Counted from the first letter of the stretch, positions 30,293 through 41,057 are shown. The stretch is DNA of 42,524 nucleotides from Thiobacillaceae bacterium (GCA_043759395.1 JAYVLR010000055.1:1-42524), one strand, 5' to 3'. Numbers and translations are program-made. The notes: generated from the sequence alone by a model not told the origin.

Positions 30293-31372
30293 TCAGTCCC
30301 TAGGCAGCAAAGTCAACCGCAAATCACCCCCAATTTGCCGCACGTCGGCAAGCCGAAACCGTGCAGCGTGTTCCAGCGATTCCAGCGGCGTGTGATTGAA
30401 TAAACCCCGCGCATCATGCCCTACCGCCATCGGCGCGACATAGGCAATCCACTCGTCCACCAAACCGGCTTCAAGCAAAGCGCCATTGAGCGCGGCACCG
30501 GCTTCGACGTGGACTTCGTTGATGCCGCGCAGCGCCAGTTCTTTCAACAGAGCGACGAGGTCAACCCGGCTTTGTGCGCCGGGGAGTTCGAGGATGTTTG
30601 CACCCGCCGCTATCAGCGCGGCGCGGCGCTCAGGGTGCGGCGTGCGACACGCTATCAGCGCGGGCAGGATGGCGGCTGCGGGCGGGGTGAGCAGATTGGA
30701 GTCCACCACCACGCGCAGCGGCTGCCGCCCGATGTCGAGGTCGCGCACGTTCATGCGCGGGTTGTCGGCGAGCACGGTGCCGCTGCCGGTCAGGATGGCG
30801 CAGGCGCGGGCGCGCAGTTTCTGTACGTCGGCGCGGGCGGCTTCACCGGTAATCCACTGTGATTGGCCGTTGGTGAGCGCAGTTTTGCCGTCAAGCGTGG
30901 ATGCTGTTTTGAGTCGAACCCATGGGCGGTGTCGCGTCATGCGGGAGATGAATCCGGGGTTCAGCGCGCGCGCTTCATTTTCCATCAGGCCGACTTCAGC
31001 TTGAATCCCTGTCAGCGTCAGCATCTGGATGCCTTGTCCTGCAACCAGTGGATTGGGGTCGTGCATGGCGGCGACTATACGTGCTACGCCTGCGTTGATG
31101 AGCGCCTCGGCACAGGGCGGGGTGCACCCGTGATGCGAGCAGGGCTCGAGCGTGACATACGCGGTGGCGCCGCGTGCGGCATCGGCGGCCATCGCCAATG
31201 CGTGGATTTCGGCGTGCGGGGTGCCGGTGCGTTGGTGCCAGCCAACGCCTACGACCTGCTTGTGCTTGACGATGACGCAGCCGACGCGTGGATTGGGTGT
31301 GGTGGTGTAGAGGCCGCGCGCCGCCAGTTGCAACGCGTGCGCCATGTGGCGGTGGTCGTCGGCTGAGAACAT
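30293..31372 (-). CDS. ribD: Bifunctional riboflavin deaminase/reductase
   Basis: PNP.VG, HAE, TLEPC..H..TPPC, LDGK.A, SQWITG, VEAG. Confidence 0.96.
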   Translation of the reverse strand: MFSADDHRHMAHALQLAARGLYTTTPNPRVGCVIVKHKQVVGVGWHQRTGTPHAEIHALAMAADAARGATAYVTLEPCSHHGCTPPCAEALINAGVARIVAAMHDPNPLVAGQGIQMLTLTGIQAEVGLMENEARALNPGFISRMTRHRPWVRLKTASTLDGKTALTNGQSQWITGEAARADVQKLRARACAILTGSGTVLADNPRMNVRDLDIGRQPLRVVVDSNLLTPPAAAILPALIACRTPHPERRAALIAAGANILELPGAQSRVDLVALLKELALRGINEVHVEAGAALNGALLEAGLVDEWIAYVAPMAVGHDARGLFNHTPLESLEHAARFRLADVRQIGGDLRLTLLPRD

Positions 31373-31382
31373 CGGGATGTCT

Positions 31383-31835
31383 TCAGGGCTGGTCGATGTC
31401 CCGAATCACATCGCGGAAATCGTCCACGTCCTGAAAGCTGCGGTAGACCGAGGCGAAGCGGATGTAGGCAATCTTGTCGAGTTTTTTCAGTTCGGTGATG
31501 ACTTGCTCGCCGATTTCGCGTGCGGTCACTTCGCGCTCGCCCAGTGTCAGCAGACGCTGGGTGATGCGGGCGACGGCAGCATCGATCAGCTCGGTGGGAA
31601 CCGGGCGTTTGTGCAGCGCGCGGCGGAAACCTTCGCGCAGTTTGTCTTCTGAAAAGTCCTGGCGCGTGCCGTTGGTTTTGACGATCTGCGGCGGGCGCAG
31701 CTCGGCGGTTTCCCAAGTGGTAAAGCGCTTGTCGCACAACGCACAGCGGCGGCGGCGGCGGATGGCATTGCCCGGCTCATTGACGCGGGAGTCAATGACC
31801 TGGGTGTCGAGAGAACCGCAGAAAGGACATTTCAT
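31383..31835 (-). CDS. nrdR: Transcriptional repressor NrdR
   Basis: MKCPFC, VIDSR, RRRRRC..C, ATP cone, AYIRFASVY. Confidence 0.98.
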   Translation of the reverse strand: MKCPFCGSLDTQVIDSRVNEPGNAIRRRRRCALCDKRFTTWETAELRPPQIVKTNGTRQDFSEDKLREGFRRALHKRPVPTELIDAAVARITQRLLTLGEREVTAREIGEQVITELKKLDKIAYIRFASVYRSFQDVDDFRDVIRDIDQP

Positions 31836-31849
31836 TTGAGGGTCAGGTG

Positions 31850-33094
31850 TTAGCCATATACCGGAAATTTTGCCGTCAGCTTGGTCACTTCAGCCTTGAC
31901 CCGCGAGATCACGATCTCATCGGTCGGTGCGTCGAGCACGTCGGCGATCAGATGGGCGAGCTGTTCGGCTTCGAGTTCCTTGAAGCCGCGAGTGGTCATC
32001 GCTGGCGTACCGATGCGGATGCCGCTGGTGACGAAGGGTTTTTGCGGGTCGTTGGGGATGGCGTTTTTGTTGACCGTGATATGGCTGCGGCCAAGCAGGG
32101 CTTCGGCTTCTTTGCCGGTGAGGTTTTTGGCGCGCAGATCGACCAGGAAAACGTGCGATTCGGTGCGGCCTGAGATGATGCGCAGGCCGCGCTCGACCAG
32201 CACTTTGCACATCACCAGCGCGTTGTCGATGACCTGTTCCTGATAGTGTTTGAATTCCTTGGTCGAGGCCTCCTTGAAGGCGACGGCTTTACCGGCGATG
32301 ACGTGCATCAAAGGGCCGCCTTGCAGGCCGGGGAAGATGGCGGAGTTGATTGCTTTTTCGTGCTCGGCTTTCATCAGGATGATGCCGCCGCGCGGGCCGC
32401 GCAAGGTCTTGTGGGTGGTCGAGGTGACAACGTCGGCATGCGGTACCGGGTTGGGGTAGATGCCTGCGGCAATCAGGCCCGCGTAGTGCGCCATGTCAAC
32501 CATGAAAATCGCGCCGACGGCTTTGGCAACTTTGGCAAAACGCTCAAAATCGATGCGCAACGCATAGGCCGACGCACCCGCGATGATGAGTTTTGGCTTG
32601 TGCTCGTGCGCCATCGCTTCCATTTTGTCGTAGTCGATTTCTTCTTTTTCGTTGAGACCGTAGGCCACGACGTTGAACCACTTGCCGCTCATGTTGAGCG
32701 CCATGCCGTGGGTGAGGTGGCCGCCTTCGGCCAGGCTCATGCCCATGATGGTGTCGCCGGGTTTGAGGAAGGCCATGAACACCGCCTGGTTGGCCTGTGA
32801 ACCGGAGTTGGGCTGGACGTTGGCGGCTTCTGCGCCGAACAGCGCTTTTACGCGATCAATCGCTAATTGCTCGGCGATATCGACATACTCGCAGCCGCCG
32901 TAATAGCGCTTGCCGGGGTAGCCTTCGGCGTATTTGTTGGTGAGCTGCGAGCCCTGCGCTTCCATCACCGCCGGGCTGGTGTAGTTTTCTGATGCGATCA
33001 GTTCGATATGATCTTCCTGACGCTTCACTTCTTGTTGCATGGCCGCCCACAGTTCGGGGTCGGTGTGGGCGAGGTTCTGTTTGCGGTCGAACAT
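31850..33094 (-). CDS. glyA: Serine hydroxymethyltransferase
   Basis: [38 protein letters not shown]. Confidence 0.99.
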   Translation of the reverse strand: MFDRKQNLAHTDPELWAAMQQEVKRQEDHIELIASENYTSPAVMEAQGSQLTNKYAEGYPGKRYYGGCEYVDIAEQLAIDRVKALFGAEAANVQPNSGSQANQAVFMAFLKPGDTIMGMSLAEGGHLTHGMALNMSGKWFNVVAYGLNEKEEIDYDKMEAMAHEHKPKLIIAGASAYALRIDFERFAKVAKAVGAIFMVDMAHYAGLIAAGIYPNPVPHADVVTSTTHKTLRGPRGGIILMKAEHEKAINSAIFPGLQGGPLMHVIAGKAVAFKEASTKEFKHYQEQVIDNALVMCKVLVERGLRIISGRTESHVFLVDLRAKNLTGKEAEALLGRSHITVNKNAIPNDPQKPFVTSGIRIGTPAMTTRGFKELEAEQLAHLIADVLDAPTDEIVISRVKAEVTKLTAKFPVYG

Positions 33095-33143
33095 GGCGCT
33101 GGGTCAGGTTGAATTAAAACGCCATTTTACCATGAGCACAGGG

Positions 33144-33570
33144 TCAGTCTGGCGCTGGCTTTTCTGGACGTAGTGCGCGCAAATCCGATTGCAGTTCAGT
33201 AATTTCATTGCGCAATGCGCGCATGTCGTGGTGCAGTTCCCGGCGCAGTTCTTTTTCTTCCTCGCCAATGAAGAATGCGGCAATGGCTGCGGTCACCAAT
33301 GAGAGCGCTGCGTAGCCGGGCAGTACGATAAATACGGAAAAAATGCGCGATGCGGGTGTGGTTGGGTAGTAGTCGCCGTAGCCAACAGTGGCGGCGGATG
33401 AAAAGGCGAGCCATACTCCTTCGCCATAGGAGCTTACGGTGGGCTCCAGCCATAACGGAATTGGCAACGCCGCCGCCCAGCTCGATGTAGAACGCGGGGA
33501 TGAGAAGCCAGCGTAGCCTGCGCTCCCCGACCAGCGCTCGCGCAGGCTCATGGTTACTCAAGCCGTTCAT
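33144..33570 (-). pseudogene. Potassium channel family gene, frameshifted/internally deleted
   Basis: Pore region WLAF...ATVGYGD..P.T...R, inner TM and coiled coil in one frame; a plausible N-terminus (ERRLRWLLIPAFYIEL) in another frame; no outer TM helix before the pore. Confidence 0.65.
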
Positions 33571-33704
33571 GCCGAAGAGGGGGTGGAAATACGTCCTGTG
33601 GGTAGCGGATAGGTAAATGCCTAGCCTGCCTGCATCAAGGCTGATTGCCAGATTGCTTGATCAGACTTATATAATCCGTTCGATAACCACAAGGAGAGGC
33701 TGAT

Positions 33705-34793
33705 ATGCAGCGCCGTAAATTTTTGACGGGAGCAGGGCTGGCCGCCATGCTGCCCATGGCCTCCGCGCAGGCGGCACCGAATGAATCGAGCCCGCTGCCG
33801 ACGATACGCTGGCGGCTGGCATCAAGTTTCCCCAAGAGCCTGGACACGATTTACGGCGCGGCGGAAACGCTATCCAGACGCGTGGCGGCGCTGACCGGCG
33901 GGAAATTTCAGATTCGCGTTTTCGCTGGCGGTGAATTGGTGCCGGGTTTGCAGGTGCTGGATGCCGTTGGCAACGGCACGGCGGAATGCGGACATTCGGC
34001 TGGCTATTACTACGTCGGAAAAAACATGGCGCTGGCGTTTGATACTGCGTTGCCGTTTGGCTTGACTGCACGCCAGCAGAATGCCTGGATGCTGGCGGGC
34101 GGCGGGTTGGCGGCGATGCGCAAGGTTTATGCGCAATACGGCGTGATGCAATTCCCGGGCGGCAATACCGGCACGCAAATGGGGGGTTGGTATCGTCGCG
34201 AGATCAAGTCACTGGCTGATCTGAAAGGCTTGAAAATCCGCATTCCGGGTATCGGTGGCAAGATCATGGCGCGCTTGGGTGCGGTGCCGCAGACCTTGCC
34301 TGGCGGAGAGATTTATCCCTCACTGGAACGCGGTGCTATCGACGCGGCGGAGTGGGTGGGGCCGTATGACGATGAGAAGCTCGGCTTCTACAAAATTGCG
34401 CCGCATTACTATTATCCGGGTTGGTGGGAGGGCGGACCGCAGTTGTCGTTTTATGTGAACCTGAAACAGTGGCAGGCCTTACCCGAAACATTCCGCCAGG
34501 CATTTGAAGTGGCCACCGCTGAAGCCAACCAGCTGATGCTTGCGCAGTATGATGCGAAGAACCCGCCTGCGCTGCTGCGGTTGGTGGGGCAGGGGGTCAG
34601 GCTGCATCCTTTCCCGAAAGACGTGATGCTTGCCGCGCGCCGCGCCGCATTTGAATTGTATGAAGAAGAAGCCCGTATGAATCCGTTATTCAACGAAATT
34701 TACCGTCCGTGGAAAGCCTTCCGCGATACGGAGTTTCAGTGGTTCAAGGTGGCTGAAGCGGCGTATTCGAATTTTAATTATTACGTGAAATAA
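33705..34793 (+). CDS. TRAP transporter solute-binding protein (DctP/TakP-like), Tat-exported
   Basis: Tat motif QRRKFL, W.LASSFPKSLD, GNTGTQMGGW, GLKIRI.G, IDAAEWVGPYDD; AGGAG RBS. Confidence 0.92.
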   Translation: MQRRKFLTGAGLAAMLPMASAQAAPNESSPLPTIRWRLASSFPKSLDTIYGAAETLSRRVAALTGGKFQIRVFAGGELVPGLQVLDAVGNGTAECGHSAGYYYVGKNMALAFDTALPFGLTARQQNAWMLAGGGLAAMRKVYAQYGVMQFPGGNTGTQMGGWYRREIKSLADLKGLKIRIPGIGGKIMARLGAVPQTLPGGEIYPSLERGAIDAAEWVGPYDDEKLGFYKIAPHYYYPGWWEGGPQLSFYVNLKQWQALPETFRQAFEVATAEANQLMLAQYDAKNPPALLRLVGQGVRLHPFPKDVMLAARRAAFELYEEEARMNPLFNEIYRPWKAFRDTEFQWFKVAEAAYSNFNYYVK

Positions 34794-34804
34794 AGCTTTG
34801 AGGT

Positions 34805-35221
34805 TCAGATTTTGATCACTTCGAAGTCATGCGTCATGTCGGCGACTTTGCCTAGCATGATCGAGGCCGAGCAATATTTTTCAGCCGACAAATGGACGGC
34901 CTGTTCCACTCGTTTTGGGTCGAGCGCTTTGCCGGTGACGATGAAGTGGACATGGATTTTTGTGAAGACTTTTGGATCGGTATCGGCGCGGGTGGCATCG
35001 ACTTCGGCAACGCAGTCCCGCACATCAAGCCGGGCTTTGCGCAGGATGTGCACGACATCAAACGCCGAGCAGCCGCCCAAACCTAATAGCAGCATTTCCA
35101 TCGGACGCGGGCCGAGGTTTTTGCCGCCAGCCTCGGGTGCGCCGTCCATGACGACCGCATGACCACTTTCGGTTTGTCCGACGAAACTGACGCCTTCGAT
35201 GAGTTTGACGCGTGCTTTCAT
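34805..35221 (-). CDS. OsmC/YhfA family protein
   Basis: GPRPME.LL.GLGGC...DV and LSAEKYCSAS; ATG 35221 overlaps the upstream stop (ATGA). Confidence 0.92.
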   Translation of the reverse strand: MKARVKLIEGVSFVGQTESGHAVVMDGAPEAGGKNLGPRPMEMLLLGLGGCSAFDVVHILRKARLDVRDCVAEVDATRADTDPKVFTKIHVHFIVTGKALDPKRVEQAVHLSAEKYCSASIMLGKVADMTHDFEVIKI

Positions 35222-35988
35222 GATGTTGTGTCCTGTTGCTGTCGGAAGTGATACCAGAGTATGCCCAGCCATTCATGCAAAGCGTAGGTGCTGTCGCGTA
35301 AGCCAGTCATGCCGGGCAAAATATCTAGCACTGTTTCGAAACGAGGGCGGGAGAAGTTTATGCCGGCAGGGATGACTTGCAAACCCTGCTGCTCAAACAG
35401 CGGCACGGCGCGGCGTAAATGCCAGGCGTGACTGACCAGAAAAATTCGCTTGATCCCGGCGTGTTTCAATATTGGCGCAGACAGGTGCGCGTTGTCCCAT
35501 GTGGTGCGTGAGGCATCTTCTACCCAGCGCACTGGAGTGTGTAATTCTTTGATTAAAATCGCGCGCATGAGCGTGCCTTCGGCCAGCGTAGCGGAATCCG
35601 ATTTGCCGCCAGTGGCAAGAATTGGAAGGTGGGTGGCCTGATACAGGCGCGCGGCGTAACGCAGTCTTTCGAGCGACAGGGCGTTTTGCGTGTCGCCACC
35701 GTATTCAGGTGCGTCGGTGCGCTCCCCGCCGCCGAGCACGACGATGGCATCAGCCTGTGGCGGCGCGGCTAGATCAACGGCATCTGCGACCTCCAGACTT
35801 TTTTGCAGCACGCTGCTGACCCATGGTGTGGAAAGAGCGTACAGGGTGGCTGTTGCCAACGCGATTAGCGTTAGGGCAAGACGCGGCGCACGCGGGTGGA
35901 TTAGTAATCCCGCTGCAAGCATCAGCACGAGGGAAAACGGCGGCAACGCGGCGTTTGCGACAAGAGCAGAGAGGGGGATGCCGAACAT
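35218..35988 (-). CDS. YdcF/ElyC family protein (DUF218)
   Basis: N-terminal TM helices, AIVVLGGG, ERL.YAA.L, TGG, S.TT..NA, VSHAWHL.RA, LHEWLG. Confidence 0.88.
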   Translation of the reverse strand: MFGIPLSALVANAALPPFSLVLMLAAGLLIHPRAPRLALTLIALATATLYALSTPWVSSVLQKSLEVADAVDLAAPPQADAIVVLGGGERTDAPEYGGDTQNALSLERLRYAARLYQATHLPILATGGKSDSATLAEGTLMRAILIKELHTPVRWVEDASRTTWDNAHLSAPILKHAGIKRIFLVSHAWHLRRAVPLFEQQGLQVIPAGINFSRPRFETVLDILPGMTGLRDSTYALHEWLGILWYHFRQQQDTTS

Positions 35989-36047
35989 GGCGGCTATTGT
36001 ATTCGACGTGGGCTATATTCAACGCGAGTGCAGTTTCGCCGTCTTGT

Positions 36048-36077
36048 TTGACTTTATTTGGGGTGAGCGGGTAGAAT
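36048..36077 (+). promoter_or_regulatory. Sigma70 promoter of rplM-rpsI
   Basis: TTGACT-18 bp-TAGAAT followed by a GC-rich discriminator. Confidence 0.65.
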
Positions 36078-36119
36078 GCCCGGCTTTCCGAGACACTCCC
36101 TCTGTATCGAGGCTGGATA

Positions 36120-36554
36120 ATGAAAACCTTTTCCGCTAAATCGCATGAAGTCACACACGACTGGTTCGTGGTTGATGCTGACAATAAAGTGCTGGGACGC
36201 TTGGCATCCGAGATTGCGCGTCGCCTGCGCGGCAAGCATAAGCCTATCTATACGCCTCACGTCGATACCGGTGACTACATTGTTGTTGTTAACGCTGGCA
36301 AAATCCGCGTGACCGGCAACAAGGCGTTGGACAAGACGTATTACACCCATACCGGCTACCCTGGCGGTATTAACGAAACCAACTTCGGCAAGATGCAGGA
36401 GCGTTTCCCTGGTCGTGCGCTGGAAAAAGCGGTCAAAGGCATGCTGCCTAAAGGTCCGCTGGGCTATGCCATGATCAAAAAAATGAAAATTTATGCGGGT
36501 GCAGACCATCCGCACGAGGCGCAGCAACCGCAGCCTCTTGTTATCAACGGATAA
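36120..36554 (+). CDS. rplM: 50S ribosomal protein L13
   Basis: [35 protein letters not shown]. Confidence 0.99.
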   Translation: MKTFSAKSHEVTHDWFVVDADNKVLGRLASEIARRLRGKHKPIYTPHVDTGDYIVVVNAGKIRVTGNKALDKTYYTHTGYPGGINETNFGKMQERFPGRALEKAVKGMLPKGPLGYAMIKKMKIYAGADHPHEAQQPQPLVING

Positions 36555-36563
36555 GGTCACATC

Positions 36564-36956
36564 ATGATCGGTAATTACAATTACGGTACGGGTCGTCGCA
36601 AATCATCGGTTGCCCGTGTGTTTCTCAAAGCGGGTAGCGGCAAAATCGTTGTCAACGATAAGCCAGTGGACGAGTATTTCTCTCGCGAAACCGGTCGCAT
36701 GATCGTTCGCCAGCCGTTGGTTCTGACAGACAACATCGGCAAATTTGACATTATGGTCAACGTCGCGGGCGGTGGTGAGTCCGGGCAGGCGGGTGCTGTG
36801 CGTCACGGCATCACGCGTGCGCTGATTGATCTTGATGCCGAAATGAAACCGGTACTCAAGCAAGCGGGTCTGGTTACTCGGGATGCGCGTGAAGTCGAGC
36901 GTAAGAAAGTCGGCTTCCACAAGGCGCGTCGCCGCAAGCAGTTCTCCAAGCGCTGA
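36564..36956 (+). CDS. rpsI: 30S ribosomal protein S9
   Basis: [38 protein letters not shown]. Confidence 0.99.
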   Translation: MIGNYNYGTGRRKSSVARVFLKAGSGKIVVNDKPVDEYFSRETGRMIVRQPLVLTDNIGKFDIMVNVAGGGESGQAGAVRHGITRALIDLDAEMKPVLKQAGLVTRDAREVERKKVGFHKARRRKQFSKR

Positions 36957-36989
36957 TTGTGTTTTGGACAGCCGCTGGATGGTCAGAGG

Positions 36990-37012
36990 AGCCGCCGCAA
37001 GGCGGCTTTTTT
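36990..37012 (+). terminator. Intrinsic terminator after rpsI
   Basis: AGCCGCC-GCAA-GGCGGCT followed by a T-run. Confidence 0.9.
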
Positions 37013-37058
37013 GTGACTGATATTGTCGTAAAATTCTATTCGCATTCAAGGACAAATC

Positions 37059-38087
37059 ATGATCAAGGTCGGGATTGTTGGTGGGACGGGTTATACCGGA
37101 GTCGAGTTGCTGCGCTTGCTGGCGCGCCATCCCGAAGTCGAGTTGTGCGCAATTACCTCGCGCAAGGAAGCTGGAATGCCGGTGGCCGACATGTTTCCCA
37201 ATTTGCGTGGACGGGTTGGACTCAAGTTCGTCGAGCCTGAAGTTGCCGGGCTGGAGCAATGCGACGTTGTGTTCTTCGCCACGCCAAACGGCATCGCCAT
37301 GCAGCAGGCGCGCGCGCTGCTCAATGCTGGCGTTAAAGTGATTGATCTGGCCGCAGACTTCCGCATCAAAGATGTTGCGGTGTGGGAACACTGGTACAAG
37401 ATGGAGCATGCCTGCCCCGACCTGGTGGCGGAAGCGGTCTATGGTCTGCCCGAGATCAACCGGGCGGAGATCAAGGGCGCGCGCCTGATTGCGAATCCGG
37501 GCTGCTACCCCACAGCGGTTCAGCTTGGTTTTCTGCCGCTACTTGAAGCCGACGTAGTGGATACTGCTTTTTTGGTCGCCGATGCCAAATCAGGTGTGTC
37601 GGGTGCCGGGCGCAAGGCGGAAGTCGCCACTCTTTTTGCGGAAGCCAGCGATAATTTCAAGGCCTATGCCGTCAGTGGGCATCGCCACTGGCCAGAGATC
37701 AAGCAAGGGCTGGAAAACTTTGCAGGCAAGCCGGTTGGCTTCACATTTGTACCGCATCTGCTGCCGCTGATCCGCGGTATACACGCAACGCTGTACGCGA
37801 GAGTGAGTGCCGATATCGATCTCCAGAGTTTGTTCGAGAAGCGCTACAGCGGTGAGCCTTTCGTTGATGTGCTGCCTGCGGGCGCGCATCCGGAAACCCG
37901 CTCTGTGCGCGGTGCCAATACCTGTCGTATTGCCGTCCACCGCCCGCAGGGGAGCGATATGGTGGTTGTGCTGTCTGTGATCGACAATCTGGTCAAAGGC
38001 GCTGCTGGCCAAGCGGTGCAGAATATGAACATACTGTTTGATTTGCCCGAGGATACCGCCCTTGCGGATATCGGAATGCTGCCCTGA
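37059..38087 (+). CDS. argC: N-acetyl-gamma-glutamyl-phosphate reductase
   Basis: [35 protein letters not shown]. Confidence 0.98.
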   Translation: MIKVGIVGGTGYTGVELLRLLARHPEVELCAITSRKEAGMPVADMFPNLRGRVGLKFVEPEVAGLEQCDVVFFATPNGIAMQQARALLNAGVKVIDLAADFRIKDVAVWEHWYKMEHACPDLVAEAVYGLPEINRAEIKGARLIANPGCYPTAVQLGFLPLLEADVVDTAFLVADAKSGVSGAGRKAEVATLFAEASDNFKAYAVSGHRHWPEIKQGLENFAGKPVGFTFVPHLLPLIRGIHATLYARVSADIDLQSLFEKRYSGEPFVDVLPAGAHPETRSVRGANTCRIAVHRPQGSDMVVVLSVIDNLVKGAAGQAVQNMNILFDLPEDTALADIGMLP

Positions 38088-38121
38088 ACCTTGAATCCCG
38101 TAGTTGAAGCAAGGTCTACGC

Positions 38122-38149
38122 TTGACGCATCGTCTCGTTTGAGGATAAT
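38122..38149 (+). promoter_or_regulatory. Putative sigma70 promoter of erpA
   Basis: TTGACG-16 bp-GATAAT. Confidence 0.45.
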
Positions 38150-38176
38150 TAAACCATTGTTTTATAGGAGTTGACC

Positions 38177-38527
38177 ATGAATGCCATGACTGAAATGGAA
38201 ATACCGCTGATTTTTACTGAAAGTGCGGCGAATAAGGTTAAAAACCTGATTGAAGAGGAAGGTAATCCGGATCTGAAGTTGCGTGTATTCGTTTCGGGTG
38301 GAGGTTGTTCTGGCTTTCAATACGGCTTTACATTCGATGAAGCGCAAAACGAAGACGATACCGCGATGGTGAAGAACGGCGTGACTTTGCTGGTGGATTC
38401 GATGAGTTTCCAGTATCTGGTCGGTGCGGAAATTGATTATTCGGAAGGTCTTGAGGGCGCTCAGTTTGTAATCAAGAATCCGAATGCCACGACGACCTGC
38501 GGCTGCGGGTCTTCATTCTCGGCTTAA
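38177..38527 (+). CDS. erpA: A-type Fe-S carrier ErpA
   Basis: [23 protein letters not shown]; AGGAG RBS before ATG 38177; argC-erpA-anmK context. Confidence 0.95.
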   Translation: MNAMTEMEIPLIFTESAANKVKNLIEEEGNPDLKLRVFVSGGGCSGFQYGFTFDEAQNEDDTAMVKNGVTLLVDSMSFQYLVGAEIDYSEGLEGAQFVIKNPNATTTCGCGSSFSA

Positions 38528-38535
38528 TCGTTTTA

Positions 38536-38583
38536 AGTGTTACAAACAAAAAGCGGCTGAGGCCGCTTTTTGTTTGTAACACT
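38536..38583. terminator. Bidirectional intrinsic terminator between erpA and anmK
   Basis: Perfect 22-bp inverted repeat AGTGTTACAAACAAAAAGCGGC-TGAG-GCCGCTTTTTGTTTGTAACACT. Confidence 0.9.
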
Positions 38584-38619
38584 ACCGCAGTTCATGTGGA
38601 CTGTTGGTTGGGTTGTCGG

Positions 38620-39744
38620 TCAAGCCGGATAAATAGCGCCTAGGATACGCGCGCCGCGCGCGCCTGTAACCTCAGGCAAGTTACCGGGGCGACCATGCAA
38701 GGTTTGGCTTGCCAGCCAAGCGAAGGCTAGCGCTTCCATCCAGTCTGGGTCAATACCTATGGTGGCAGTCGATGCCACTTGGATCGGGTTTAAAAGGGCG
38801 GTAATGCGCTTGACCAATATATCGTTATGGATGCCGCCGCCGCATAGATACACTTCCTGCGCGGCGGAGCACTCGCGTTTTATAGCGTTGCACAGACTTT
38901 GTGCGGTCAATTCAAGTAGGCTTGCCTGAACGTCTGCGGGAGCAATAGGCGCGTTAATTGCGTTCATTTTTGTTTGTAAATAGTCGAGATTAAACTGTTC
39001 GCGCCCCGCGCTTTTGGGCGGCGGCAAGCTTAAAAAAGCATGATTCAGGAGGGCTTCCAGCAAACCTTGGTGAGTATGCCCACTTAGCGCCCAAGCACCG
39101 TCCTTGTCATAATGAGTGTTGTGATGCTTTTGTGTCCATGCGTCCAGCAGCATGTTGCCCGGCCCTGTGTCCCAGCCTCGCACGGTACCTGTCGGTGGGA
39201 GGTCGGTGAGATTGGCAATGCCGCCAATATTGACGATGACGCGGTGAATGCTTGGATGCCGAAGGGCGTGAGCATGAAAAGCAGGCACTAGCGGCGCGCC
39301 CTGTCCGCCCGCAGCGATGTCGCGGCTTCTGAAGTCGGCCACGACAGTGATGCCTGTTAACTCCGCCAGTAGCGCTGCGTTGCCTATTTGTAGCGTATAA
39401 GCGGCATCGGGTCGATGGCGTAGTGTTTGGCCGTGGCATCCGATGGCGCGTATGTTGCCCTTATCCTGATCAGCATTATTTAATAGCGTGTTTATTGCGT
39501 CAGCGTATAGCTGGGCCAGTGTGTTCGCGGCGAGCTCGGCTTGATGAATTTCATCGGCCTGAGGTGTGTGCAAGGCAAGCAACTGCTTGCGCAGCGCATC
39601 GGTGTAAGCAACATAATGACTGGAAAGTAGCCGCGTTTCGCCATCGGTGGTGATCTCAGCCAGGACGGCGTCAATTCCATCCAGGCTGGTGCCTGACATA
39701 AGGCCGATGTAACGTTCGGCCTTATGGGGGGAGGTCGTACTCAA
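38620..39744 (-). CDS. anmK: Anhydro-N-acetylmuramic acid kinase
   Basis: GLMSGTSLDGID, HGQT, DFRSRD.AAGGQGAPLVP, NIGGIAN, DTGPGN, EA.AFAWLA. Confidence 0.97.
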   Translation of the reverse strand: MSTTSPHKAERYIGLMSGTSLDGIDAVLAEITTDGETRLLSSHYVAYTDALRKQLLALHTPQADEIHQAELAANTLAQLYADAINTLLNNADQDKGNIRAIGCHGQTLRHRPDAAYTLQIGNAALLAELTGITVVADFRSRDIAAGGQGAPLVPAFHAHALRHPSIHRVIVNIGGIANLTDLPPTGTVRGWDTGPGNMLLDAWTQKHHNTHYDKDGAWALSGHTHQGLLEALLNHAFLSLPPPKSAGREQFNLDYLQTKMNAINAPIAPADVQASLLELTAQSLCNAIKRECSAAQEVYLCGGGIHNDILVKRITALLNPIQVASTATIGIDPDWMEALAFAWLASQTLHGRPGNLPEVTGARGARILGAIYPA

Positions 39745-41057
39745 TCCAGCGCGGCGATATTAGTGCCGCGCAATAGAACCAGTCTCTGGTTCCACGATGC
39801 GGTTTGATGCAGGAAGGCGGGTTTGAGTGATGCGGAAAGCGGTGCAGCCCCCGGCAGTTTGATTGCTATGGGATTGTAGGGGATGCCTGCAATGCGTACT
39901 TCGTAGTGCAGGTGGGGACCGGTTGCCGCACCGGTAGAACCGACATATCCGACGACTTGGCCTTGCTCCACTACTGTTCCTTTACGCAGACCCGATGCAA
40001 AAGCGTTCAAGTGCGCGTAGTAGGTTTCATAGCCGTTGTTATGGCGCAGGATAGCGAGATTGCCGTAACCGCCCTTGCGACCGACGAACTCGACTACTGC
40101 GTCGCTGGTAGCTTTTACGCGAGTGCCTGTGGGTGCGCCGAAATCTACTCCGGTGTGGGCACGATGAAAGCCGTAAAGTGGATGCAGGCGTGAGCTACTA
40201 AAACTTGACGTGACTCGCGTAAATTCCAGCGGGGAACGCAGGAATCCTTTTTTGAGCGACTCACCTTCCGGAGTGTAATAGCCTTCACGCCCAAACGGGT
40301 CACGGTACAACACGACGCGGTGCGATGTGCCTGCGTTAACGAACTCAGCAGCCAGCAATTTACCAGTGGCGACCGGTTCGCCATTCCGGTAGTTAACGGT
40401 GTAGATCACCGAGAAAGTGTCGCCACGGCGTAAATCATCACGGAAGTTAATGTGTGTGGAGAAGATGTCGGCGATTTTGTCGGCGATGGCATCAGGTACA
40501 CCTGCGCTATCGGTGGCGGCAAACAGTGAGCTGGCGATTCGCCCTGAGCGCATGATGACGCGGGTTTCAAGCAGATCACTGGCCTGCTGGCTAACAAAAC
40601 TGTCGCCCTGACGCAGGATATGCAAGCTACCGCCATTTGTGTTCGCGAGCTTTAGCTCTGCCAATTGCCCGTCTGCAGTAGTTGTGGCCTGGATGCGCTG
40701 ACCTGCTTTGATCAGGCTTGCGCCTTGTCTGGCTGCTTCGGTACTCAGCAGGCGCTGAATATCCAGTTCATCAATTTTTAATCGTGCTAAAACGCTCGCT
40801 AATGTATCGCCTGACTGGATACGCTCTTCGCGCTGAAAACTAGCACTGTCAATGGCCGAAATGGTTTTTGGTAAATCCACATTATTGATAATGGTTTGTG
40901 TGGAAATGCCGAGCGTATTGGTGTCAGGTGCCAGACCGAATGCGGCAACCACGCCAAATAATGGCAGAGTGGAGAGTGCAACAAGTGTGCGTAGGCTAAA
41001 GCGACGTTCCTTACCGGTCATGTGATCGGTTAAGATTCTCAGTTTGGTGAGCGGCAT
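39741..41057 (-). CDS. M23 peptidoglycan DD-endopeptidase (MepM-like)
   Basis: N-terminal TM, HTGVD (HxxxD), GYGN, Y.HL, GSTG.ATGPHLHYE; start uncertain (41057 or 41099). Confidence 0.9.
   Translation of the reverse strand: MPLTKLRILTDHMTGKERRFSLRTLVALSTLPLFGVVAAFGLAPDTNTLGISTQTIINNVDLPKTISAIDSASFQREERIQSGDTLASVLARLKIDELDIQRLLSTEAARQGASLIKAGQRIQATTTADGQLAELKLANTNGGSLHILRQGDSFVSQQASDLLETRVIMRSGRIASSLFAATDSAGVPDAIADKIADIFSTHINFRDDLRRGDTFSVIYTVNYRNGEPVATGKLLAAEFVNAGTSHRVVLYRDPFGREGYYTPEGESLKKGFLRSPLEFTRVTSSFSSSRLHPLYGFHRAHTGVDFGAPTGTRVKATSDAVVEFVGRKGGYGNLAILRHNNGYETYYAHLNAFASGLRKGTVVEQGQVVGYVGSTGAATGPHLHYEVRIAGIPYNPIAIKLPGAAPLSASLKPAFLHQTASWNQRLVLLRGTNIAALD

Noticed and set aside
38087-38111. 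IscR type-1 box upstream of erpA
   Set aside because: Only a partial match with poor symmetry
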